This document shows positions 42,014 to 50,371 of a stretch of DNA of 64,000 bases, piece after piece (the stretch's first letter is position 1; each line of letters opens with the position of its first letter). This DNA is from Bacteroidota bacterium. Its GTDB lineage: Bacteria; Bacteroidota; Bacteroidia; Flavobacteriales; TMED113. The notes beneath the pieces were generated by a model. The model saw only the letters and a list, made by a program, of their open reading frames with translations, searched no databases and was not told the DNA's origin. The DNA is taken from contig JAYYFR010000008.1 in NCBI GenBank assembly GCA_036158635.1, positions 684 through 64,683 of the forward strand, given 5' to 3'. The position numbers and the translations under genes are program-made.

Positions 42014-42788
42014 GTTATTTATAATTTTATTGTTTCTAAATATTTTCTTTCTTTTTTCACAAGAAAACAACAAAACATCTAAGGAGCAGTTAAAAAATAT
42101 GTTTTTTTCTGATAATGACATGAATTCAATTTTCTTTACTAAAAAAAATATTAATCATTATAAAATAAAATCTTTTGACGCGTTTGGAAATAAAATTCCC
42201 TTATGTATTAATGAAAAATTAGAAATATTTTTAGATTGTGAAAATAGAACTAAGTATGCTCAAATAATTGATTCAAAAATTTATAATAATGAAATGAATT
42301 TAATTGGGCATTGTTATTTTGGTAAAATAACAGAGAAAGATTTAGATAACTTTTGGAAAACTTTAAAACATTGGAAAGGTAATATTACAATATACGACGA
42401 AACAGAATCATTTAGAATAGCAACATTTATGTATTTTAAAAAAGAAAAAGATTATTTTTCAATTATGAATTTGGATACAACTGCAACAGTTAAGATGTTA
42501 AATAAATCTTATAAGAAATTACTAAAAACTTATAATATTGATAAGTTTCCTGATGACGATGAGGTAATTGCGAAAAATAAAGAAATTGAAGAGGCATTCA
42601 TTGCAATATCAAAAAAAATAGATCCAGACTATGAAGACAATAATAATTGGTTAGAGGAATTTTTTTCAAAAAACAGAAGAAGTATGTGGAGTCAAGATGA
42701 AGGGTATGTTCCATATATAAAAAGAGAGATAAAAGAAACAAATCCTGTCTCGAGAGAAAATAAAGAAAGATATCCTTTTCTAGATTAG
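42000..42788 (+). CDS. Hypothetical exported protein with a degenerate J-domain-like region
   Basis: Signal peptide ending LFSQ; aa 151-205 DYFSIMNL...A....LNKSYKKL..TYNIDK.P.....K.KEIEEAF align by eye to the J-domain consensus. Confidence 0.6.
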   Translation: MKKNKLFIILLFLNIFFLFSQENNKTSKEQLKNMFFSDNDMNSIFFTKKNINHYKIKSFDAFGNKIPLCINEKLEIFLDCENRTKYAQIIDSKIYNNEMNLIGHCYFGKITEKDLDNFWKTLKHWKGNITIYDETESFRIATFMYFKKEKDYFSIMNLDTTATVKMLNKSYKKLLKTYNIDKFPDDDEVIAKNKEIEEAFIAISKKIDPDYEDNNNWLEEFFSKNRRSMWSQDEGYVPYIKREIKETNPVSRENKERYPFLD

Positions 42789-42871
42789 ATATTAATTGGT
42801 TATTAAATATATTAAATTTAATCTTTTAGTATTCTAAGGAAAATCAAATTCAATGCTGAGTCTTTTTTTAC

Positions 42872-42953
42872 ATGACTTTTTGTCATAAAATAATAAAATT
42901 TTATTAAAAAAAAATGACACTTTGTCTTATTTTTTATTTGGCACAATATATGC
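42872..42953 (+). promoter_or_regulatory. Putative sigma54 (-24/-12) promoter with two TGAC-N5-GTC(A/T) sites, upstream of hsp20
   Basis: ATGACTTTTTGTCAT at 42872-42886; TGACACTTTGTCT at 42915-42927; TGGCACAATATATGC at 42939-42953 (GG-N10-GC). Confidence 0.7.
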
Positions 42954-42986
42954 TCTATTAAAATTGTTAATCAAAATAAAAAAATT

Positions 42987-43373
42987 ATGCTTACAATAAG
43001 AAATAGACCTTTTAACTACCTTGATGATTTTAATTCATTAATTGATAATATTTTTGATGATACTCAAATTTTATCCTCAAATAATAATTATCATTTTAGT
43101 CAAAATGAAAAAGAAATAATAATTGAATTGCCTTTACCAGGAATTGAAAAAAAAGATTTAGAATTAAGCTACTCTAATGGTTATTTGAAAATAAAATATG
43201 AATCAAAAAATAACAATAATTTAAATTGGGTAAATAGCTTTCAGGAAAATATTGAAATCACAGAACAAATTGATGAAAATAAAATTAATGCTAAGTTTAA
43301 AAATGGGTTGATGGTTATAAATATTCCAAAAAAAATTAAAGTAATTAAAGAAAAAATTATTGAAATAAAATAA
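42987..43373 (+). CDS. Small heat-shock protein (Hsp20/alpha-crystallin)
   Basis: IELPLPGIEKKDLEL, IDENKINAKFKNGLMVINIPK, C-terminal IEIK (IxI motif). Confidence 0.9.
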   Translation: MLTIRNRPFNYLDDFNSLIDNIFDDTQILSSNNNYHFSQNEKEIIIELPLPGIEKKDLELSYSNGYLKIKYESKNNNNLNWVNSFQENIEITEQIDENKINAKFKNGLMVINIPKKIKVIKEKIIEIK

Positions 43374-43374
43374 T

Positions 43375-43704
43375 ATGAATCCCTCTATAATAGATTTAAA
43401 TAAACTAACTCATGAGGAGTTAATCAATTTTATACTCAAATTCTTAGCACTAATAAAAGATGGAGTATTCAATGAAAAAGAAGAGCTTTATGAAATTTTA
43501 GGTAAAAAAATTAACGAAATAAATAATTCTCAACAAAGTATACTTAAATTGAATGAGTCTTTTAAAAAAATTGATAACAAATCCAAAAAACATAATATTA
43601 TAGAGGGATTATTTGAGCTAATTTCATATTTCGAATTTGAAGAAAAATATGAAAGATGCGCTACATTAAAAAAAATAAAAGATAATCTTCTTATGGATTT
43701 ATAA
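43375..43704 (+). CDS. Hypothetical helical protein with a C-terminal UVR (UvrB/UvrC)-like motif
   Basis: C-terminal FEFEEKYERCATLKKIKD; starts 1 nt after the hsp20 stop. Confidence 0.55.
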   Translation: MNPSIIDLNKLTHEELINFILKFLALIKDGVFNEKEELYEILGKKINEINNSQQSILKLNESFKKIDNKSKKHNIIEGLFELISYFEFEEKYERCATLKKIKDNLLMDL

Positions 43705-43722
43705 ACACTTTTAGACTAATTT

Positions 43723-44388
43723 ATGATAAATGTAAATATTGAAAAATCATGGAAAAAATTGCTAAAAGATGAATTTTCAAAAAATTACTTCACTGAACTA
43801 GTCGATTTTATCAAACTAGAATACTCTAAGGAAAAGATATACCCGAATGGATCTTTAATTTTTAACGCGTTTAAGTATTGTCCATTTAATGATTTAAAAG
43901 TCATTATTTTAGGTCAAGATCCTTATCACGGATATAATCAAGCCCATGGATTATCATTCAGTGTGATTAATGGTGTAAAAAAACCACCATCACTTGTTAA
44001 TATATTCAAAGAATTAAAAAGTGATATTGGAAAAGAAATTCCTGAATCCGGAAATTTAGAACACTGGGCCAAACAAGGAGTTTTATTATTAAATTCTATT
44101 TTGACAGTTAGAAAAGGACAACCTGGGTCTCATCGAGATAAGGGTTGGGAATTATTTACTGATTCTGTGATAGACTCTATATCAAACAACTCCAAGAGGA
44201 AGGTTTTTATGTTATGGGGAGCATATGCTCAAAAAAAAGGAAAAAAAATTGATAGAAACAAGCACTTAGTACTAGAAGCTGCACACCCATCTCCATTTTC
44301 TGCGCATACTGGGTTTTTTAATTCAAATCACTTTAGTAAGTGTAATGATTATTTAAATTTGTTTAATATTGAAAAAATCAATTGGTAA
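43723..44388 (+). CDS. ung: Uracil-DNA glycosylase (family 1)
   Basis: ILGQDPYH, AHGLSFSV, PPSL.NI.KEL, QGVLLLN, FMLWG, HPSPFS. Confidence 0.98.
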   Translation: MINVNIEKSWKKLLKDEFSKNYFTELVDFIKLEYSKEKIYPNGSLIFNAFKYCPFNDLKVIILGQDPYHGYNQAHGLSFSVINGVKKPPSLVNIFKELKSDIGKEIPESGNLEHWAKQGVLLLNSILTVRKGQPGSHRDKGWELFTDSVIDSISNNSKRKVFMLWGAYAQKKGKKIDRNKHLVLEAAHPSPFSAHTGFFNSNHFSKCNDYLNLFNIEKINW

Positions 44389-44392
44389 TTTT

Positions 44393-44400
44393 TAAATTTG
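44393..44400 (+). promoter_or_regulatory. Bacteroidota -7 promoter element
   Basis: TAAATTTG in the 34-bp gap, 22 nt before the ATG at 44423. Confidence 0.5.
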
Positions 44401-44422
44401 TTAAACAATCAGTTTTCCTTCA

Positions 44423-47284
44423 ATGAAGAATTTAGTCCTTTTATTTACTTTATTATTAAGTTTTCAAGTTTATTCTCAAATAAATCTTTTTCAGTTAAGT
44501 TCAGGCCAGTACAATAATTTAACAAATAGTCCAGAGAACTCTATCACTTTAAACGTAAATGAGGTTTATTTAAACTTAATCAAAGATACTAAACCTTGTG
44601 AATTTGAAATAATAATTCCTTTTCTAGATGGGACTGATCTAAAATTAAATTTAGAATCTTTTAATGTATTTAAATCTGATTTTAAACTAGTTAGAAATAC
44701 TTCTCAAGGAATCATTGTTGAAGATTATAATCCAAAAATTTTATCATATAGAATAAAGGGAGAAAATATATCAGGAATTTTTAATTTTTTAGAAAATAAT
44801 ATTATTGCAACAATAAAGTATGAAAATAAGGCATATGAATTAAAAGGAGAAAAAAATAACCCATATATATTATTTGATATTTCTGATAGCGTTGTTACTG
44901 ATAATTATGAATGTCACACTGAGGACATTGAATTTGAAAACCTAAATTCTGTTCCTCAAATTATTGAACAAAACAGTACAGAATGTGTTGAAATGGGGAT
45001 TGATACAGATTATTTCACATTTTTAGAGTTTAATAGTAATTGTTATGATGTAGTTGAGTGGGCCTTAGCTGTTCTTGCAGGTGTCAGTGAAATTTACATG
45101 TTTGAATTAGATGAAGAAGTTCTATTACAAGCAAAATATATCAACGTAAGAGAGTTTGAAGATAATTATTTTGGACTTAATGATTGTTCTGACATGTTGA
45201 CTGAACTTGGTGATTACTGGACATCAAATCCTTTAAACACATTACAAAATGAAGTTGATTTAGTTCATTTATTTACAAGAAAACAAGCCAATGGTGGAGT
45301 TGCTTGGGTTGATGGTTTTTGTAACACCCAATATAAATATGGCGTAAGTAGTGGGTTAAATACAAATCTCAATTATGATTATCCTGACAATACACCATTT
45401 AGTTATAACATGGCTTATGTAGGTCATGAACTAGGTCATAACTTTGGAGCTAATCATACTCATTGGTGTGGCTGGGAATCAGATAATACACTTGGTTTTG
45501 GAGGAGGGGCAATTGATTCATGTTACCCAGTGGAGGGTGATTGTTCTGAGCCAGGAAATCCGAATATTGGTACTATCATGAGTTATTGTGATTTAGCAGG
45601 AATATCGTCAGCATTACAATTTCACCCTGTTGTTAAGTCGCAAGCTTTATTTCCTAATATTTTTAGTAATCAAGCTAACTGCTTTGGAATATGTGGTGAA
45701 CTTGAAACATCCTGCGAAGGTACATTTATATATGGATGCACTAGTGAATTAGCTGATAATTACAACCCAAATGCAAATGTTGATGATGGTAGTTGTTATT
45801 GTGAAAGTTATATTGAGTTCTATTTGGAAACTGATTATTGGAGTAGTGAAATAAGTTGGGAAATTATAGATTCCGAACAAGCAATAATTTACTCTGGAAG
45901 TAATTATTCAAATGGTGGAATTACAATTGATGAAAATTATTGTTTAAGTCCAGGTTGTTATCAGTTTATAATTTTAGATTCTTATGGAGATGGTCTCTCA
46001 AGTAATAATACTGCTGGAAACACTCCTAATTACTATATTTTAAATAATAGTAACGAATCTTTAGTTCAAATGACAAATACTAATTTTGGATCTGGAGAAA
46101 CATATAATTTTTGTCTGGAAGAAGCAGAATGTATAAGCGATGTTGATGCTGATGGAGTTTGCGATGAAAATGAAATAATTGGTTGTCAAGATGCAACTGC
46201 TTGTAATTATAATCAAGATGCAACAGATGCGGGTAATTGTACTTATGCAGAACAATATTTTGATTGCTTAGGTAATTGTATTAGTGATAATGACAATGAT
46301 AATATTTGTAACGAATTAGATAATTGTCAAAACACCTTTAACCCTGACCAAATAGATACTGATAATAATGGTATCGGGGACGCTTGTGAAAACGTTGTTG
46401 GTTGTACAGACGAGAATGCATGCAATTATGATGCTGATGCAACTATTGAATGTAATTGTTGCAATTATTCTGAACAATATTATGATTGTGATGGAAATTG
46501 TTTAAATGATTTAAATAATAATGGAGTATGCGATGAATTAGAGGAAATTGTATTTGGTTGTATTGATGATAATGCTTGTAATTATTCTCCTATCGCAAAT
46601 ACAGATGATGGCTCTTGTGAGTACCAAAATGAATGTGAAAGCTGTACTGGAGACACCTCATGTTTAGGTTGTATTGATACTGATGCTTGTAACTTTAACT
46701 CGGTTGCTACTATTGATAATGGTTCGTGTGAATACCCAGAAGAAGATTATTTAGACTGTAACGGTAATTGTTTAAACGATGATGATGATGACGGAATATG
46801 TGATGAACTTGACAATTGTGTAGAAATATTTAATCCAAACCAAATAGATAGTGATAATGATGGTGTTGGGGATGAGTGCGCTTGTGAACAAATGATTATA
46901 GTTGGTGAAAATGTTGTAGAATCTGGTACTGTTGAATCTTATGATTTAGCAAATCAAATTAATAACAATTATGTATGGTCCGTTGTCAACGGTGAAATTG
47001 TGTGGGATTCTGCTACCGACTCAAGTATTTCTATTGCTTGGGGAGACCAGGGTTCTGGAACAGTAATAATTACACAACTTTTTGGTAATGGTTTATTTTG
47101 TGAAACTACATTAGATGTTATCATTTTACCATCTACAACGAGTATAGATGAAATATTTTTACCAAACGATATATATAAAGTAACTGATATTTTAGGTAAA
47201 GAAGTTAAAATTAATCAAACAAACTCAGTTTTGATTGTTTATTTTAAAAATGGAGATGTAAAGAAAATATATAAATCAAAATAA
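44423..47284 (+). CDS. Secreted M12/reprolysin-like zinc metalloprotease with Cys-rich GCTD repeats, TSP3-like repeats and a short C-terminal signal
   Basis: HELGHNFGANH (HExxHxxGxxH), Met-turn GTIMSYC, a pro-region, GC.D..ACNY repeats, DNC....NP.Q.D.D.DG.GD.C repeats. Confidence 0.88.
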   Translation: MKNLVLLFTLLLSFQVYSQINLFQLSSGQYNNLTNSPENSITLNVNEVYLNLIKDTKPCEFEIIIPFLDGTDLKLNLESFNVFKSDFKLVRNTSQGIIVEDYNPKILSYRIKGENISGIFNFLENNIIATIKYENKAYELKGEKNNPYILFDISDSVVTDNYECHTEDIEFENLNSVPQIIEQNSTECVEMGIDTDYFTFLEFNSNCYDVVEWALAVLAGVSEIYMFELDEEVLLQAKYINVREFEDNYFGLNDCSDMLTELGDYWTSNPLNTLQNEVDLVHLFTRKQANGGVAWVDGFCNTQYKYGVSSGLNTNLNYDYPDNTPFSYNMAYVGHELGHNFGANHTHWCGWESDNTLGFGGGAIDSCYPVEGDCSEPGNPNIGTIMSYCDLAGISSALQFHPVVKSQALFPNIFSNQANCFGICGELETSCEGTFIYGCTSELADNYNPNANVDDGSCYCESYIEFYLETDYWSSEISWEIIDSEQAIIYSGSNYSNGGITIDENYCLSPGCYQFIILDSYGDGLSSNNTAGNTPNYYILNNSNESLVQMTNTNFGSGETYNFCLEEAECISDVDADGVCDENEIIGCQDATACNYNQDATDAGNCTYAEQYFDCLGNCISDNDNDNICNELDNCQNTFNPDQIDTDNNGIGDACENVVGCTDENACNYDADATIECNCCNYSEQYYDCDGNCLNDLNNNGVCDELEEIVFGCIDDNACNYSPIANTDDGSCEYQNECESCTGDTSCLGCIDTDACNFNSVATIDNGSCEYPEEDYLDCNGNCLNDDDDDGICDELDNCVEIFNPNQIDSDNDGVGDECACEQMIIVGENVVESGTVESYDLANQINNNYVWSVVNGEIVWDSATDSSISIAWGDQGSGTVIITQLFGNGLFCETTLDVIILPSTTSIDEIFLPNDIYKVTDILGKEVKINQTNSVLIVYFKNGDVKKIYKSK

Positions 47285-47322
47285 AAAATAACAATATATA
47301 ATTAATTAAAAAAAAGGCATTT

Positions 47323-47880
47323 ATGGCTTTAACACCGACAAAAAATATACCTCTTGGCTTTTTGGCACCTTATTTTAATTTATTTAATCCATTGATCAAT
47401 AAAAAAGTTGACTTAAATGAGATTAAAGGAAGCAAAGCAACTGTGATTATATTTATGTGTAATCACTGTCCATACGTTATACATATTTTGGATCAATTAG
47501 TTAAAATAGCAAATGATTACACAGAAAAACAAATAGCATTTATTGGTATTAATTCAAATAATATTATTTCTCACCCTCAAGATTCACCAGAGAATATGGT
47601 TAAGTTAATAAATGAATATAACATACCATTTCATTATCTTTTTGATGAAACTCAAGAAGTCGCTAAAGCATATGATGCTGCCTGTACACCTGATTTTAGT
47701 GTCTTTGATAAAAATATGAAATGTGTGTATAGAGGGCAAATTGATTCATCTAGACCGGGTAATAAATTACCAAATAATGGAAGAGATTTGAGAGATGTTT
47801 TAGAAAATATTTTAAATAAAAAATCTATCTCTAAAGAACAAATTCCCTCTATAGGTTGCAATATTAAGTGGAAGAACTAA
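47323..47880 (+). CDS. Thioredoxin-fold (AhpC/TSA-like) redoxin
   Basis: FMCNHCPYV (CxxC), YLFDETQEVAKAYDAACTPDF, YRGQID, PSIGCNIKWK. Confidence 0.92.
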   Translation: MALTPTKNIPLGFLAPYFNLFNPLINKKVDLNEIKGSKATVIIFMCNHCPYVIHILDQLVKIANDYTEKQIAFIGINSNNIISHPQDSPENMVKLINEYNIPFHYLFDETQEVAKAYDAACTPDFSVFDKNMKCVYRGQIDSSRPGNKLPNNGRDLRDVLENILNKKSISKEQIPSIGCNIKWKN

Positions 47881-47963
47881 AAATATCATTAAAATTTAAA
47901 TTATTGTAAATAATAAATTTTATAATCATTAACTTGATAATGATTTTAAATATTAATATCAAT

Positions 47964-48986
47964 ATGAAAAAAAATATATTTTTTTATTTTTTAATTTCCT
48001 TTTATTCATTTTCTCAAGAAGCAATTCAAGGAATTATTACTCACAATAATCTAGATAGAGAATACATTCTTTATATTCCAAACTCTTATGATGGTGAAGA
48101 ATCTGTTCCATTGGTTTTAAATTTACACGGATACACGAGCAATGCAGGAGAACAAATGGTATATAGTAATTTAATTGAAGTTGCTGATACTGCTAATTTT
48201 TTGATAGTTCATCCAATGGGTACCATTAATGAGTTCAATGAACCTTATTGGAACTCTGCTCAGCTAAGTGATGTTGATGATATTGATTTTTTAAACACCT
48301 TAATTGATTATTTAGGAAACGAATATAATATTGACTTAGAAAGAGTCTACAGTACTGGTTTTTCAAACGGAGGATATATGAGCTATACTTTAGCTTGTGA
48401 ACTTAGTGATAAAATTGCCGCTATTGCATCAGTAACTGGTAGTATGAATAATGGCCAACCCATTTTATGTAGCCCCGAACGTCCTGTTCCTGTAATGCAA
48501 ATTCATGGTACGATGGATTTAACAGTTCCATACTTTGGTTCAATAACATCTGAACCAATAGAAAATGTAATTTCATTTTGGGTTAATTTCAATGATTGTT
48601 CAAGTAATGCATCTTTTTTTTCTCTTCCAAACATTAATACACTTGACAATTCATTTGTTGAACATTACGTTTACTCTGGAGGAAACAACAACTCATCTGT
48701 AGAATTATATAAAATAATAAATGGAGGACACACTTGGCCAGGTGCTTACATTCCTTTTGCTGGAATTAACACAAACCAAGACTTCAGTGCATCTGAAAAA
48801 ATATGGCAATTTTTTTCAAAGTATGATATTAATGGATTGGTAGAAACGGTAAATATTAATGAAATAGAAAAAGAAGAAAAAAAAATAATTAATACTTATG
48901 ATCTTTTAGGTAGAGAAAACTTACATAATGGTCTTATTATTGAGCTATATAATGATGGTTCATATACTAAAAAGTTTAAATTATGA
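47964..48986 (+). CDS. Secreted PHB-depolymerase/LpqC-family esterase
   Basis: PLVLNLHGY, TGFSNGG (GxSxG), IHGTMD, GGHTWPG. Start moved from 47934 to 47964 (MKKNIFF, signal peptide). Confidence 0.88.
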   Translation: MKKNIFFYFLISFYSFSQEAIQGIITHNNLDREYILYIPNSYDGEESVPLVLNLHGYTSNAGEQMVYSNLIEVADTANFLIVHPMGTINEFNEPYWNSAQLSDVDDIDFLNTLIDYLGNEYNIDLERVYSTGFSNGGYMSYTLACELSDKIAAIASVTGSMNNGQPILCSPERPVPVMQIHGTMDLTVPYFGSITSEPIENVISFWVNFNDCSSNASFFSLPNINTLDNSFVEHYVYSGGNNNSSVELYKIINGGHTWPGAYIPFAGINTNQDFSASEKIWQFFSKYDINGLVETVNINEIEKEEKKIINTYDLLGRENLHNGLIIELYNDGSYTKKFKL

Positions 48987-50371
48987 AAAAAATTATATTA
49001 TTACTTTTATTACCAATTTTATCTTACCCTCAATGTAATGAAGGTGAATACCCAATCTATATGACAACATCAACAGCGGAGTGGGCTTATGAAATGTCTT
49101 GGGGGTTGTGGGATTATGATTCATGGATGCAAGGAGACCCATCTCCAGAAAGCTCAATCATATTTTTTCAAGGATCTGAAAACTTTCAAACAGAAAGTTT
49201 TGATGGATGTTTACCTAGTTCTGGTTGTTACATGATTGCTGCTTATGATAGTTACGGAGATGGTTGGAACGGAGGGAATTTAACCGTAAACGTTAACAAT
49301 AGTAAAGAACCAATTAATTATGAAATGTTTAATGGTACATGGGAGTACTGGACTTTTGAGGTAAATAGCAAATCATGTAACTGGGAGATTCCTGGTTGTA
49401 CAAATAATGAAGCTGTTAATTACAACGATCAAGCAACTATTGATGATGGTTCTTGTTTACTTCCAAACTATTTTGAGTGGGAAAACCTTCAAAGGGAGTA
49501 CTTCCTTTATATTCCTGAAAATTTACAAAATAATGCAGCTCTAGTATTTGTATTGCATGGCTACTGGGGAGAAGGATCTGATATGATAGGTTTGTTTGAA
49601 GATCAGGCTGATCAGTATGGATTTATTGTTTGTTACCCCACTGGATTACAAGATAATTATGGAACTAATCACTGGAATGCGAATTTCAATGAAATTATGA
49701 CATCTGTAGATGATGCTGGATTCTTAACCAATTTAGCATTTAAACTTCATCAAGATTTTAATTTAAACCCAGAAAAAACTTTTTCATGTGGCATGTCGAA
49801 TGGTGGATATATGAGTTGGTCATTAGCATGTAATGCACCTGAAATATTTAAAGCAATTGCTTCAGTAACAGGAACCATGAGTGGTCCTGATTGGGAGGAA
49901 TGTAATCCAAATGAACTTGTTCCAGTAATGCAAATAAGTGGCACAAATGATAATGTTGTTCCAATGGATGGTTCAATGGAGTATATTGATGAAGGTTGGG
50001 GAGGAGCTCCAAATATTTATTCGATAATGGATTTTTGGAGTAGCTTGCACGTTTGTAATGAAACTGAGACAACTAATTACAATTTTGATTATCCTACAGA
50101 ATTAACAACTTACTCTGATTGTGACGATGAATCAAATGAATTAAGACTATATGTAGCATCAGGAATGGGACATAACTGGCCATCTTTTGCTGAAGAAGAA
50201 ATATGGGATTTTTTTATGCAGGTTAGTGATAACAAATCAGTTATTGAAGATAACTACTCGGAAAAAGAAATAATAAAAATAATTGATATTCTTGGTAGAG
50301 AAACTCAGAAGAATGGATTTAAAATTGAAATTTATAAAAACGGTATTGCAAAAAAGAAATATAGACTATGA
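48983..50371 (+). CDS. Secreted PHB-depolymerase/LpqC-family esterase with an N-terminal DSYGDG domain and a GCTN repeat
   Basis: LVFVLHGY, CGMSNGG, SGTND, GHNWP; ATGA overlap with the upstream paralog. Confidence 0.85.
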   Translation: MKKIILLLLLPILSYPQCNEGEYPIYMTTSTAEWAYEMSWGLWDYDSWMQGDPSPESSIIFFQGSENFQTESFDGCLPSSGCYMIAAYDSYGDGWNGGNLTVNVNNSKEPINYEMFNGTWEYWTFEVNSKSCNWEIPGCTNNEAVNYNDQATIDDGSCLLPNYFEWENLQREYFLYIPENLQNNAALVFVLHGYWGEGSDMIGLFEDQADQYGFIVCYPTGLQDNYGTNHWNANFNEIMTSVDDAGFLTNLAFKLHQDFNLNPEKTFSCGMSNGGYMSWSLACNAPEIFKAIASVTGTMSGPDWEECNPNELVPVMQISGTNDNVVPMDGSMEYIDEGWGGAPNIYSIMDFWSSLHVCNETETTNYNFDYPTELTTYSDCDDESNELRLYVASGMGHNWPSFAEEEIWDFFMQVSDNKSVIEDNYSEKEIIKIIDILGRETQKNGFKIEIYKNGIAKKKYRL

